Positions 35,609-44,220 of a stretch of DNA of 44,220 bases are shown here, piece by piece. The notes under the pieces are model-generated. The model was not told where the DNA came from. It worked only from the letters and a program-made list of their open reading frames with translations, and did not search any database. Each line of letters begins with the position of its first letter. Position 1 is the first letter of the stretch. A program made the position numbers and the translations under genes. This stretch comes from a virus (lineage: Duplodnaviria; Caudoviricetes): positions 1 through 44,220 of the IMG/VR virus record IMGVR_UViG_3300024283_000007; one strand, 5' to 3'.

Positions 35609-36209
35609 GCTTCGGGTACGGCTGCGCGGCTATCACGCGGCGCAGGCGCTCATCGAGAGGGTAAACGTATCGATGCTTCGGGGGCGTGCGGCGCCGGGGC
35701 AAGAGGTTCCACCCGACCACTGCGGGTGAGCCGTCGAGCTGCGGGCCCGACACCACCCGCAGATGCTTCCAGACGCCCTGGTACATGAACTGGTAACTCT
35801 TCGCCGTCTCGCCCGTGTATATCCAGTTCGTGGCCTGATAGAGCGTGCCGACGTGTTGCTGCGCTGTGTCCGCGTATGAGACCACACAGCGCAGCCCAGG
35901 GTTCGTGCGCGCCAGCATCCGCAGAGACACTCCCAGCGCGCGACTCGTCGGGACCTTCCGCCCGGGCGCGAGTGCGATCCGCACCAGCTCGCAGACCTGA
36001 ATGTTCGAGCACCCGAACGGGCGGCCGAGCTCCCGCGCTGCGCCGCGCCCGTAGATGATGACCCCGACCCATGCGCCTGACTCCCAGACGCCGTGACAGA
36101 TGAGCCGCCCGACTGGGATAATGCGCGAGTAGTGCCAGCGCCTCACTGCATCGGTGGCTTCTTTGACGCGACACGGACGGACCTCAAGTCGTAGCCGCAG
36201 CTCGGACAT
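35586..36209 (-). CDS. Mom-family (GNAT-fold) DNA adenine modification protein, copy 1
   Basis: 'WHYS', 'ELVRIAL', 'VVSYAD..Q.HVGTLYQATNWIYTG', 'KHRYVYPL', 'PYPK'; RBS GAAGGAG. Confidence 0.8.
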   Translation of the reverse strand: MSELRLRLEVRPCRVKEATDAVRRWHYSRIIPVGRLICHGVWESGAWVGVIIYGRGAARELGRPFGCSNIQVCELVRIALAPGRKVPTSRALGVSLRMLARTNPGLRCVVSYADTAQQHVGTLYQATNWIYTGETAKSYQFMYQGVWKHLRVVSGPQLDGSPAVVGWNLLPRRRTPPKHRYVYPLDERLRRVIAAQPYPKHAPHLTP

Positions 36210-36691
36210 GAACTGACTCCTTCGACCTCACCGGGTCGGTCTAGACGTGGCGCTGCGTCCTCATCGAGCTTGGTCGCGTCGGGCACAGTCATCAGCCGAT
36301 CCAAGTCAGCGCGCGACCAGCCGGCGATGTGGATGTCAGCTTGATCGAAGCCAGTCAGCAGCGCAGCCAGGTCACCCGTCCACTCTGACAGCTCACCCAG
36401 CCGATTGTCTGACAGCGCCATCAAGTGAGCAGTCTGCTCATCGACATCCATGAGACGCACAGGCACACGCTCCAGCCCGATGAGCAGAGCTGCCTTCCAT
36501 CGCGTGTGCCCAGCGATAATCTCCAGGTTGGCTGCGCGGGCCACGATCGGCGCGCTGAACCCGAACTTGCGTATAGCTGCAGCCACCCGCCGCACAGGCT
36601 CACCATCGTTCGCGCGCGGGTTCTCCGCCCACGGCGTGAGCTTGCTCGGGTCGAGCCATACCGCTGCAGTTGTGTCACTGGTAGTCGTCAT
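36143..36691 (-). CDS. ParB/Srx N-terminal domain protein with C-terminal CPxCG ribbon
   Basis: 'L.PW..NPR.N', 'IRKFGF..PIV', 'IIAGHTRWKAA', 'LSDNRLGE..EW', 'CPSCGY'. Confidence 0.85.
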   Translation of the reverse strand: MTTTSDTTAAVWLDPSKLTPWAENPRANDGEPVRRVAAAIRKFGFSAPIVARAANLEIIAGHTRWKAALLIGLERVPVRLMDVDEQTAHLMALSDNRLGELSEWTGDLAALLTGFDQADIHIAGWSRADLDRLMTVPDATKLDEDAAPRLDRPGEVEGVSSCPSCGYDLRSVRVASKKPPMQ

Positions 36692-36718
36692 GATGCTTCG
36701 CATGCTAGACCTAACGTC

Positions 36719-37141
36719 GTGCCTAAGCCACGGCTGCCAGACTACACGCGTGCGATCCACGACCGGCTGATCGAATACTTCAAGGCCGGCGCGTTCAAGC
36801 GCCACTGCGCGCAAGCGTGTCGGCTCTCCGAAGCGGACCTGGATGCATGGCTCGAGCTCGGGCGCGCTGGGAAGGAGCCGTATGCCACGCTGCTGCGTGA
36901 CGTCGAACAAGCGATCGGTGATGACGCTATTCGTAACCAGCTCACTGTCTCTCGCGCTGCGGCTGGGCAAGGCAATCCGCGCGCGGACGTCCGCGCAGCG
37001 CAGTGGAACCTGGAGCGCAAGCACCCAGACCTGTACGGGCGGCAAGCCACTGAGGTCACGCCGTCAGGCCCGACGCGTCAGCCAGCTCCACCCGATGACG
37101 GCGTGCATGTTCCCAAGTTCAAGCCGTACATCGTGACCTGA
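36719..37141 (+). CDS. Putative terminase small subunit / HTH protein
   Basis: N-terminal HTH-like; 'RAAQWNLERKHPDLYG' motif; upstream of TerL. Confidence 0.55.
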   Translation: MPKPRLPDYTRAIHDRLIEYFKAGAFKRHCAQACRLSEADLDAWLELGRAGKEPYATLLRDVEQAIGDDAIRNQLTVSRAAAGQGNPRADVRAAQWNLERKHPDLYGRQATEVTPSGPTRQPAPPDDGVHVPKFKPYIVT

Positions 37142-37704
37142 TGGCGTCAGCCCTGAATCAAGTAGTCATCCGCTCCGAAGGGCAAGCCCGGTTTCTGCAA
37201 GTGACAGGCTCACTGGCAGCGATCGCAGCGCGCCTGACTATGCGCTCCCCGCAGAGCATCGCTGACTGGCGCTCAGGTCGTAAGGTCCCGAGCCCCGAAG
37301 CGCGCGCGCGCATTGAAGGCGAGTTCGGGATCGACGCTGCGCTGTGGGACGTGCGGGCCGGCGCAGACCCAGCAGACCCCGAAGAGCATGAGGTCGGCGC
37401 CACCTCACTGGATGACTGCATCAACGTACTCAAGACGATCCAGCGTGAGAGCAAGCGTGACGGGCTGCTGGCCGCTGAGCGGGTGAAGCTGGCCGACGCT
37501 GAAGCCCGCATACTCACGCTGCGCGCGCGCCTGGAAGCTGCAGCCGAACTATCAGAAGACCGCTATGTCAGAGACCATCCAGCATTCCGACGATTCTGCG
37601 ATCTTGTGATAGAAGCACTGAGGCCACACCCAGCTGCTGCGAAAGCAGTGCACGAAGCCATTCAACGCGCGATGAGGCAACGTGACGAGGTCGATAGCTC
37701 GTGA
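37141..37704 (+). CDS. XRE-like HTH + helical protein (alternative TerS candidate)
   Basis: 'SPQSIADWRSGRKVPS'; immediately upstream of TerL. Confidence 0.55.
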   Translation: MASALNQVVIRSEGQARFLQVTGSLAAIAARLTMRSPQSIADWRSGRKVPSPEARARIEGEFGIDAALWDVRAGADPADPEEHEVGATSLDDCINVLKTIQRESKRDGLLAAERVKLADAEARILTLRARLEAAAELSEDRYVRDHPAFRRFCDLVIEALRPHPAAAKAVHEAIQRAMRQRDEVDSS

Positions 37705-39352
37705 GCTTGCACTGCGGAAGTCAGCCCCGGCACCGTCCGTGTGGACGTTCCCGGAAGCGTTCGACTTGCGGCTCATCAAGCTGCTCGAAGAGACCTTACA
37801 CATTCAGTTCCCGAGCCCGGTCTTCCAGCAAGACCCGGTCAAGTTCTTCCGTGACATTCTCGGCGTCGCGCCCTGGTCGCGGCAGATCGAGATCATCGAA
37901 GCAGTGCGCGATCACAAGCGTGTCGCAGTGTGCTCAGGCCACAAGGTCTCGAAGTCGCACACTGCTGCAGGCATAGCACTGTGGTTCTACTGTTCGTTCG
38001 AGGACGCCCGCGTCGTACTCACGAGCACCACCTCACGCCAGGTCGACCAGATACTCTGGCGTGAGCTGCGCATGCTGCGCGCTCGAGCTGGGCGGTGTGT
38101 GGAGTGCAAGCTCGAAGACCCGAGCGGGCTCATCATCCCGCGCCCGTGCGAACACTCCACACTGATCGAAGGTGAACAGGGTGAGCTGGCGCGGACGGGG
38201 CTCAAGTCATCTGACTTCCGTGAGGTGGTCGGCTTCACTGCGCGTGAGGCAGAAGCTGTGGCCGGCATCAGCGGGCGCAATCTGCTCTACATCGCAGACG
38301 AAGCTTCGGGCATCGGGGATGAGATATTCGACGCCATCGAGGGCAACCGCGCCGGCGGCGCGCGCCTGGTGATGCTCTCCAACGGCACGCGCAACGAAGG
38401 CGCGTTCTTCGAAGCATTCACTACGAAGTCAGCGTTCTACTTCACGATGCGTGTGTCGTCAGAAGAGACGCCGAACGTGATCGAAGGGCGCGAGGTCATC
38501 CCCGGTCTGGCAACGCGTGAGTGGGTGGAAGAGAAGAAACAAGAGTGGGGCGAAAACAGTCCGCTCTACCTCATACGTGTCAAGGGTCAGCACGCACTGT
38601 CAGAAGAAGCGAAAATCTTCTCGGTGCACATGATCGGCCAAGCCGAAGCACGCTGGGCTGTGACGCCCGACGCAGGGCGCCTGTACATCGGCATCGATCC
38701 AGCTGGTGAGACTGGGCTCGGTGATGACACAGCGTTCGCTGTGCGGCGCGGCATGAAGCTGCTAGCTGTGCGGCGACAGCGCGGGCTGAACGATGAGCAG
38801 CACTTCGTCCAGCTGATGCTGCTGATACAAGAGTTCGCGCTGCCGCGTGAGCTGCCGGTCGTCGTGCTCGACCGCGACGGCCCGATCGGCATGAAGCTCT
38901 CCGCTCATCTGCGCGCGCACGAAGAAGGCGACGCCCGCCGCTTCGAGCTGGTGACAGTCCGCGCAGCTGACAAAGCGATCAGGCAGCCATACATCTACGA
39001 CCGCATGCGTGATGAGCTATGCGCGAACTTGTACGCATGGTTCCGTGACGGCGGCGCCATCGTGGAGGACGTCAAGCTCGAAGCAGAGCTGCACGCCATG
39101 GAGTGGAAGCAAGCTATCACTGGCCGACTCAAGCTCACGCCGAAGGACACGCTGCGGAAGCTGCTAGGCAGGTCACCTGACACTTATGATGCAGTCGCAC
39201 TCTGTGCATGGGAACCACTAAGCATGATGCAAGCCCTCACGACTGATGAACGCGCGAAGCTCGATGCAGCGCTCGCTCCAGCTGCGCCGATGCAGCCGTA
39301 TGCAGAGCAGACGTTCGACCCATTCAGCGGAGGTGAATGGTGGAGGCGCTAA
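37682..39352 (+). CDS. terL: Terminase large subunit
   Basis: Q motif 'WSRQ', Walker A 'SGHKVSKS', Walker B 'IADEAS', 'LSNG', nuclease 'IGIDPA..G..DD', 'GRSPD.YDA'. Confidence 0.9.
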   Translation: MTRSIARELALRKSAPAPSVWTFPEAFDLRLIKLLEETLHIQFPSPVFQQDPVKFFRDILGVAPWSRQIEIIEAVRDHKRVAVCSGHKVSKSHTAAGIALWFYCSFEDARVVLTSTTSRQVDQILWRELRMLRARAGRCVECKLEDPSGLIIPRPCEHSTLIEGEQGELARTGLKSSDFREVVGFTAREAEAVAGISGRNLLYIADEASGIGDEIFDAIEGNRAGGARLVMLSNGTRNEGAFFEAFTTKSAFYFTMRVSSEETPNVIEGREVIPGLATREWVEEKKQEWGENSPLYLIRVKGQHALSEEAKIFSVHMIGQAEARWAVTPDAGRLYIGIDPAGETGLGDDTAFAVRRGMKLLAVRRQRGLNDEQHFVQLMLLIQEFALPRELPVVVLDRDGPIGMKLSAHLRAHEEGDARRFELVTVRAADKAIRQPYIYDRMRDELCANLYAWFRDGGAIVEDVKLEAELHAMEWKQAITGRLKLTPKDTLRKLLGRSPDTYDAVALCAWEPLSMMQALTTDERAKLDAALAPAAPMQPYAEQTFDPFSGGEWWRR

Positions 39353-39573
39353 CGTACGGACGCCGCGTGCTCTGGAAGCTCTGCCAGCGGACCACCCAGC
39401 GTGAGGTTGCGCTGCGCTGTGGAGTGGTCAAGTCATGCGTGTCGGAGTGGCTGTCAGGCGCAGCGCGGCCGTCCCGGACGTCAGCAGCGCGCATGCAGGC
39501 GCTCTACGGGATCACGCCTAACGCCTGGGGACCACCGCCGAGCTCCGGGTGGCAGCGTCACCGTGTTCGCTGA
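39337..39573 (+). CDS. Small XRE-family HTH protein
   Basis: 'TQREVALRCGVVKSCVSEWLSGAARPS'; RBS GGAGG. Confidence 0.75.
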   Translation: MVEALTYGRRVLWKLCQRTTQREVALRCGVVKSCVSEWLSGAARPSRTSAARMQALYGITPNAWGPPPSSGWQRHRVR

Positions 39574-39604
39574 GTAGTTCGCGCGCCCGCGGCACGTTCG
39601 CCGT

Positions 39605-41212
39605 GTGGAGCTTCTAGACGGCATCGCGCTAGCGACTTCCCGACTACTCGGGCGCTCGACCTACACGCCCGCAGCGTACGCGGCCGGACAGATCGACATC
39701 GACGAAGCCCGGCGCAGCGTCAACGGCGGCCAGCTCCAGATGCCGACCCAGACGCAGGCGCGCTGGTACCTGGCTGACCTGGAGCACGCTGAACACTGCG
39801 CGGACATGGGTGACTTGCGCCTGGCTGGTAGGCTGATGGCAGCAGCGCGCAGAGATGGCGTCATTACCGGCGTACTGTCGACCCTCACGTCAGGGCTGGT
39901 GCAACTGCCGCGGCGCTTCCGTGGCAACCCGGATGTCGTCGCAGCCCTCAGTGTCGGCCGTGACTCTGTGCGCTCGCTCTACGATGAGATGTTCCCGCCC
40001 GCCGAAGTCTCAGCGCTGGTCGCTGATGGTGAGGTGTTAGGCGTCGGCGTTGCAGAGCTTATCCCAGTGGTCGGCCGTGACTTCCCTGTTATGTGCCGGC
40101 TCGACCCACAGTTCTTGCAGTACGTCTGGAGCGAGAACCGTTGGTACTATATGAGTGTCATTGGTCGGCTGCCTATCACTCCAGGTGATGGCCGCTGGAT
40201 GCTCCATATGCCAGGCGGCCGTGTGGCTCCGTGGAACCAGGGAAGCTGGCGCGCAGTCGGGCGCTGCTACATCCGCAAGGACCACGCAAACTGGCACAAG
40301 GACAACTGGGAGGCCAAGCTCGCGCACCCCGCACGCGTCGCCGTAGCGCCACAGGGCGCGACCGAAGCCATGCGTGAGTCATGGTTCAAGCGTGCAGCTG
40401 CCTGGGGCATAAACACTGTATTCCAAGTGACGCCGGGCTATGACGTCCGCTTGGTCGAGTCGAACGGCCGTGGAGCTGACAGCTTCACCCGAACCATCGA
40501 CGAGCAGAACCGGGAGATCGTCATCACGATCGCCGGCCAGACAGTCAGCACTGAGGGCGGCAAGGGCTTCAGCTCCACCGACCTGCACCGCACGATCCGC
40601 GCGGACCGCATTCAAGCTGCAGCTGAGGCGCTGGCCTACACGCTGAACACTCAGGGCATCCCGGTGTTCGTAGCTGCGCGGTGGGGCACAGCTGCGATCG
40701 ATGAGATGCCATGTGTAGTCGAATACGACGTCACTCCGCCCAAGGACAAGAACGCTGAGGCGCAGGCCATGGTGACGCTCGCGAGCGCGATCCAACAGAT
40801 GCAGACCGCACTGACGGGCTCGACCGAAGTGTTAGACGTCACGACGCTGTGTGAGGATTACAACGTCCCGACCATGCCGCCTGAGCTGAAGGCTGTGGAG
40901 CCGACGAAGCTGCGCCTGGTGGGCGGGACCGACGTCGACGGGACCACCGAAGAGAACCCGGTCGCCGGCACTGGCAAGCCCGCACAGGACAGCGCCATGA
41001 ACGGCGCGCAGATCGCTTCGATCGTACAGGTCGTGCAAGCCGTCGTGGAGGGCACGCTCCCACGCGACGCTGCGCACGGCATCATCAAGCGGGCGTTCCT
41101 CGTGGACGATGCAGCCGCTGATGAGATGCTCGGCTCGGCAGCGCCGAAGCCAGCTCCGACCGTCGAGCCGGGCACGCCCCCAGCACCTAACAGTCAGGAG
41201 GCAGCTGCATGA
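39605..41212 (+). CDS. Portal protein (Mu gp29/DUF935-like)
   Basis: 535 aa between TerL and protease; 'EI..TIAGQTVSTEGG.G'. Confidence 0.75.
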   Translation: MELLDGIALATSRLLGRSTYTPAAYAAGQIDIDEARRSVNGGQLQMPTQTQARWYLADLEHAEHCADMGDLRLAGRLMAAARRDGVITGVLSTLTSGLVQLPRRFRGNPDVVAALSVGRDSVRSLYDEMFPPAEVSALVADGEVLGVGVAELIPVVGRDFPVMCRLDPQFLQYVWSENRWYYMSVIGRLPITPGDGRWMLHMPGGRVAPWNQGSWRAVGRCYIRKDHANWHKDNWEAKLAHPARVAVAPQGATEAMRESWFKRAAAWGINTVFQVTPGYDVRLVESNGRGADSFTRTIDEQNREIVITIAGQTVSTEGGKGFSSTDLHRTIRADRIQAAAEALAYTLNTQGIPVFVAARWGTAAIDEMPCVVEYDVTPPKDKNAEAQAMVTLASAIQQMQTALTGSTEVLDVTTLCEDYNVPTMPPELKAVEPTKLRLVGGTDVDGTTEENPVAGTGKPAQDSAMNGAQIASIVQVVQAVVEGTLPRDAAHGIIKRAFLVDDAAADEMLGSAAPKPAPTVEPGTPPAPNSQEAAA

Positions 41213-42654
41213 AAGCTGCGAAGTACGATCGGCGCGGGCTTCTGGCTGTGCTCCCTGAGTCACTCGACAAAGTGTTCGTCGAGCCGCAGCGGCACGCGGG
41301 CGCGGACGCTGAGGCAGACGCCAGCGGCGTCGTGATCGTCGACGTGTGCGGGCCGCTGGAGTCAGAGCCGCATCCGTTCTGGGATTCGTACCCGGCAGTG
41401 CTCGCGCGGGTGCAGTTCGCCATGGAGATGTCTGGCTGCCGAGCTGTGGTGCTGCGCATCAGCAGCCCCGGCGGCGAAGCGCATGGATGCTTCGACGCAG
41501 CTCGAGCTCTGCGCGCGCTGTCAGAGCAGAAGGGCATCCCGCTGTGTGCGTACGTCGAGGACCGCGCATGCAGCGCTGCGTATGCGCTCGCGTGTGCCGC
41601 GCAGAACATCTACCTCAGCGCCTCATCACTGGTGGGCTCGATCGGCGTCTTGTACGTCCGCGAGGACATCAGCGCGCGCAACGTGGCGATGGGTCTGCGG
41701 GTGGAGTTCGTTGCGTCTGGCGCGCGCAAGGCGGACGGCAACCCGAACAACCCTGTCACCAGTGAAGAGCTGTCCTCACAGCAAGCCATCGTGGATGAGA
41801 TGGCCGACTTGTTCTTCGATCTCGTGCGTGAGCTCCGCCGCGGGCTGGATGCGCGCGCGCTGCAGGCTGGTGTGTTCCTGGGCTCCAGCGCTGTGCGCAT
41901 GAAGCTCGCTGATGATGTTGTGTCATTCGACGGGCTGCGTGCCCTCATAACAAGTGGTGAACTAACAATGAACGCATACGAGAAGGCGCGTAAAGCGCTC
42001 GCTGAAGCCGCTGAGGGTGACGACGCCAATGCAGCAGCGGCGAAGCGTGCGCTTGCTGCCATGGACGACAAGCCTGCTGAAGATGCCGAAGGTGACGAAG
42101 AGAAGCCCGACGCTGAGGGTGACGAAGAGAAGCCCGACGCTGAGGGTGACGACGCGGAGCCAGCTGCTGCAAGCGCAGAGGGCAGTGATGGTGAGGTCGA
42201 TGAGAAGAAGGACAAGGACCCGCCACCAGCTGCACGCAAAGCGAAGAGCGGTGACGCTGGTGCAACTGCGCTCGCCGAAGTGCGGAAGCTCACCGCACAG
42301 GTCGCGAAGGAGCGTGACGCCCGCCTACGCGCAGAAGTGTATGCGACGCGGCCTGACTGGTCGCCAGCGTTCATCAAGACGCTGGCCGGCATGCCGATCG
42401 CAGCGCTCAAGGACGGCGCGAAGAACTGGCCGAAGCAGCAGAGCGGCGTGACTGCCAGCTCGGCGCTCGCAGCCACCCGCGCGAAGCCCACAGTCGGCGG
42501 CGCTCCCACGCTCGCAGACGGGACGCCTCTCAACTCACTGTCGGCGCGCATGGGCCTCGGCGGAGAGACGCGGGGTGTTGTGTCATCCGAGTTCAAACTG
42601 CAGTTAGGCGCACCGGTGCAGACGCTGCCGGTGCCAGGAGGCAGCAATGGCTGA
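41209..42654 (+). CDS. S49 (SppA/ClpP-type) head maturation protease fused to scaffold
   Basis: 'LRISSPGGE', 'ACSAAYALA', 'VGSIGV', 'SGARK'. Confidence 0.9.
   Translation: MKAAKYDRRGLLAVLPESLDKVFVEPQRHAGADAEADASGVVIVDVCGPLESEPHPFWDSYPAVLARVQFAMEMSGCRAVVLRISSPGGEAHGCFDAARALRALSEQKGIPLCAYVEDRACSAAYALACAAQNIYLSASSLVGSIGVLYVREDISARNVAMGLRVEFVASGARKADGNPNNPVTSEELSSQQAIVDEMADLFFDLVRELRRGLDARALQAGVFLGSSAVRMKLADDVVSFDGLRALITSGELTMNAYEKARKALAEAAEGDDANAAAAKRALAAMDDKPAEDAEGDEEKPDAEGDEEKPDAEGDDAEPAAASAEGSDGEVDEKKDKDPPPAARKAKSGDAGATALAEVRKLTAQVAKERDARLRAEVYATRPDWSPAFIKTLAGMPIAALKDGAKNWPKQQSGVTASSALAATRAKPTVGGAPTLADGTPLNSLSARMGLGGETRGVVSSEFKLQLGAPVQTLPVPGGSNG
41968..42654 (+). CDS. Putative nested scaffold protein (internal in-frame start)
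   Basis: GGTGA-ACTAACA-ATG at end of protease domain; acidic low-complexity helical product. Confidence 0.5.
   Translation: MNAYEKARKALAEAAEGDDANAAAAKRALAAMDDKPAEDAEGDEEKPDAEGDEEKPDAEGDDAEPAAASAEGSDGEVDEKKDKDPPPAARKAKSGDAGATALAEVRKLTAQVAKERDARLRAEVYATRPDWSPAFIKTLAGMPIAALKDGAKNWPKQQSGVTASSALAATRAKPTVGGAPTLADGTPLNSLSARMGLGGETRGVVSSEFKLQLGAPVQTLPVPGGSNG
42091..42152 (+). repeat. 27-bp tandem repeat (GDEEKPDAE x2.3)
   Basis: GGTGACGAAGAGAAGCCCGACGCTGAG repeated exactly. Confidence 0.9.
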
Positions 42655-43102
42655 CCGCATGGTTACCGAAGCGGTGTGGGGCTACCACGACTTCGTCTTG
42701 AAGTCGGCGACTGTGGCCGAGCGGGGCAAGCTCGCAGTGATCGACACTGCGGACGGCTCGATCACTAAGGGCGGCGCAGCTGCAACGCTGCTGCCGCTCG
42801 GCATCTTCATGCAGAGCCTGACAGGTGATGGCGTGAAGAAGGTGCAGGTGCAGATGTTCCACCCGATCAACGCCCGGTGGTGGGAGAACGATGCAGGCGG
42901 CACGCCAGCTGTAGCAGCCGACGTCGGCAAGGCCGCATACATCAAGGACGACCAGACTGTTACGCGTGCGACCACGGGTAGCGTGCTGGGCCTCATTCTC
43001 GAAGTGAGCACGCAAAAGGGCGTCCTCGTCTACTCGTCATACCCGTTCGCGAAAGCGCCCGCGGGTGCGCCGCTCGGCGGCGAAGAGAATCCGGAGGTCT
43101 GA
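42647..43102 (+). CDS. Capsid decoration/cement protein
   Basis: Between scaffold and capsid; 'ADVGK.AYI.DDQTV'; RBS AGGAGG. Confidence 0.7.
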   Translation: MADRMVTEAVWGYHDFVLKSATVAERGKLAVIDTADGSITKGGAAATLLPLGIFMQSLTGDGVKKVQVQMFHPINARWWENDAGGTPAVAADVGKAAYIKDDQTVTRATTGSVLGLILEVSTQKGVLVYSSYPFAKAPAGAPLGGEENPEV

Positions 43103-43105
43103 GCC

Positions 43106-44128
43106 ATGCCAACTATCACACCACAGTTCTTGTACGACCTCGAGTCGAACATGCGGACGATTACCTCACAGGAGTATAATCGTCTCAACAGTCAGGTCTG
43201 GTGGAACAAGATCGCCAAGACCACTCCGTCGATGGCGCTCAAGGAGCGCATCACATGGCTGCTCGACACAGCGCGCATCCAGCGCACTGGGCACGGCGGC
43301 AACCTGGAGTTCGAGGACATCGTTGCTCAGACCACTGAGGTCGAGAACTTGAACGCCGCTGCGGGGCTCAAGGTCAAGAAAGAGAAGTTCGAGGACGTCG
43401 ACGGCAACGGCATCGACTACGCCTCACACTGGTCGCGCGGGATCGGTGCCTATGCGGCGTACTGGCCGCAGAAGATGGTGGCGCAAGCCATCCTCACGAA
43501 CCCGGTCACGTACGACAACAAACAGTTCTTCGCGACGGATCACCCGGTGAATCCATTCCGCGCATCGGCTGGCACGTTCACGAACGTGTTCACTGCTGGT
43601 GCTGGGCCTGGGCCGCTGCCGATCGATGACTCTGTGACTGTCGACGTGGCAGTCAAGAACGTCGCGAAGGCGATCGCGTACATCGCCAGCATCAAGATGC
43701 CGAACGGTGAGGACCCACGGTTCCTGCGGGTGGCTTCGCTGTTCGTTCCACCGGCCATGACTGCGCGCGCGCAGCAAATCACTAACGCCAAGTTCATCGC
43801 TCAGGCTGCAGCGACAGCTGGTGGCTCGGGTGATGTCGAAGCGATGATTCGGAACTTCGGTCTAGGCCAGCCGGTCGAAGTGCCAGAGTTCGGTGCGGGC
43901 TTCGTCGGGGGCTCTGACACGACGTGGTTCCTCGGCATGGAAGACATCCTCACGAACGAGCTCGGCGCGTTCTCATATGTGAACCGCGAGCCGTTCAGCG
44001 TGCTGTTTTACGGGCCTACTACGGACGCCGCGCTCGCGCGCATCCGAGAGTTCCAGTGGACCACTGAGGGTCGTAACTCGATCCTGCCGGGCCACCCGTA
44101 CCTGCTCTACAAGTGCTTGGCTGCGTGA
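43106..44128 (+). CDS. Major capsid protein (Mu gpT-like)
   Basis: 340 aa; 'YDNKQFFATDHPV', 'LFVPP'; RBS GGAGG. Confidence 0.85.
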   Translation: MPTITPQFLYDLESNMRTITSQEYNRLNSQVWWNKIAKTTPSMALKERITWLLDTARIQRTGHGGNLEFEDIVAQTTEVENLNAAAGLKVKKEKFEDVDGNGIDYASHWSRGIGAYAAYWPQKMVAQAILTNPVTYDNKQFFATDHPVNPFRASAGTFTNVFTAGAGPGPLPIDDSVTVDVAVKNVAKAIAYIASIKMPNGEDPRFLRVASLFVPPAMTARAQQITNAKFIAQAAATAGGSGDVEAMIRNFGLGQPVEVPEFGAGFVGGSDTTWFLGMEDILTNELGAFSYVNREPFSVLFYGPTTDAALARIREFQWTTEGRNSILPGHPYLLYKCLAA

Positions 44129-44220
44129 GCTGCGCGGGGTGATGAGATGCCGGGCACAGAACCGTATCTAACGTTCGACGAGTTCAAAGCGATATCGGTC
44201 GTGCCCGCGTCTTACATCGA
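44094..44220. repeat. 127-bp terminal duplication (copy 2)
   Basis: Identical to 1-127. Confidence 0.95.

Noticed and set aside
36143-36691. Plasmid-prophage partition system
   Set aside because: No ParA and no ParB HTH; this is the modification-associated ParB-N type
41610-42647. Long antisense ORFs (also 5350-6174, 10294-10938, 16513-17181, 19445-20104)
   Set aside because: Shadow frames of well-supported genes in GC-rich DNA; no motifs or RBS
44094-44220. Terminal direct repeat as biological genome end
   Set aside because: 127 bp equals a common assembler k-mer length and cuts through genes; best read as circular overlap

Overview
Apparently complete, circularly closed genome of a GC-rich temperate myophage (~44,093 bp; bases 1-127 are repeated at 44094-44220). 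The head module (TerL, portal, S49 protease/scaffold, Mu gpT-like capsid; 37.7-44.1 kb) continues across the join into a contractile tail, baseplate and fibre module (0-13.6 kb). A tyrosine integrase follows, then a leftward island of small genes (15.8-19.3 kb) with repeated sigma70-type promoters and conserved hairpins. This island is almost free of the trinucleotides AGG/CCT and poor in CGG/CCG. Next come a recombination operon (PD-(D/E)XK exonuclease, SSB-like protein, and a RecD2 helicase split into two genes), a CI/Cro-like switch, a primase-helicase with an origin-like AT-rich palindrome, a RuvC-like resolvase and many small genes that include paralog pairs. An antisense ParB-N + Mom + Mom operon (putative DNA hypermodification) lies just before the packaging genes. 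No lysis cassette, transposase, tRNA or CRISPR array was recognised. All family calls are by-eye motif recognition, motif counts are manual, and no searches were run.
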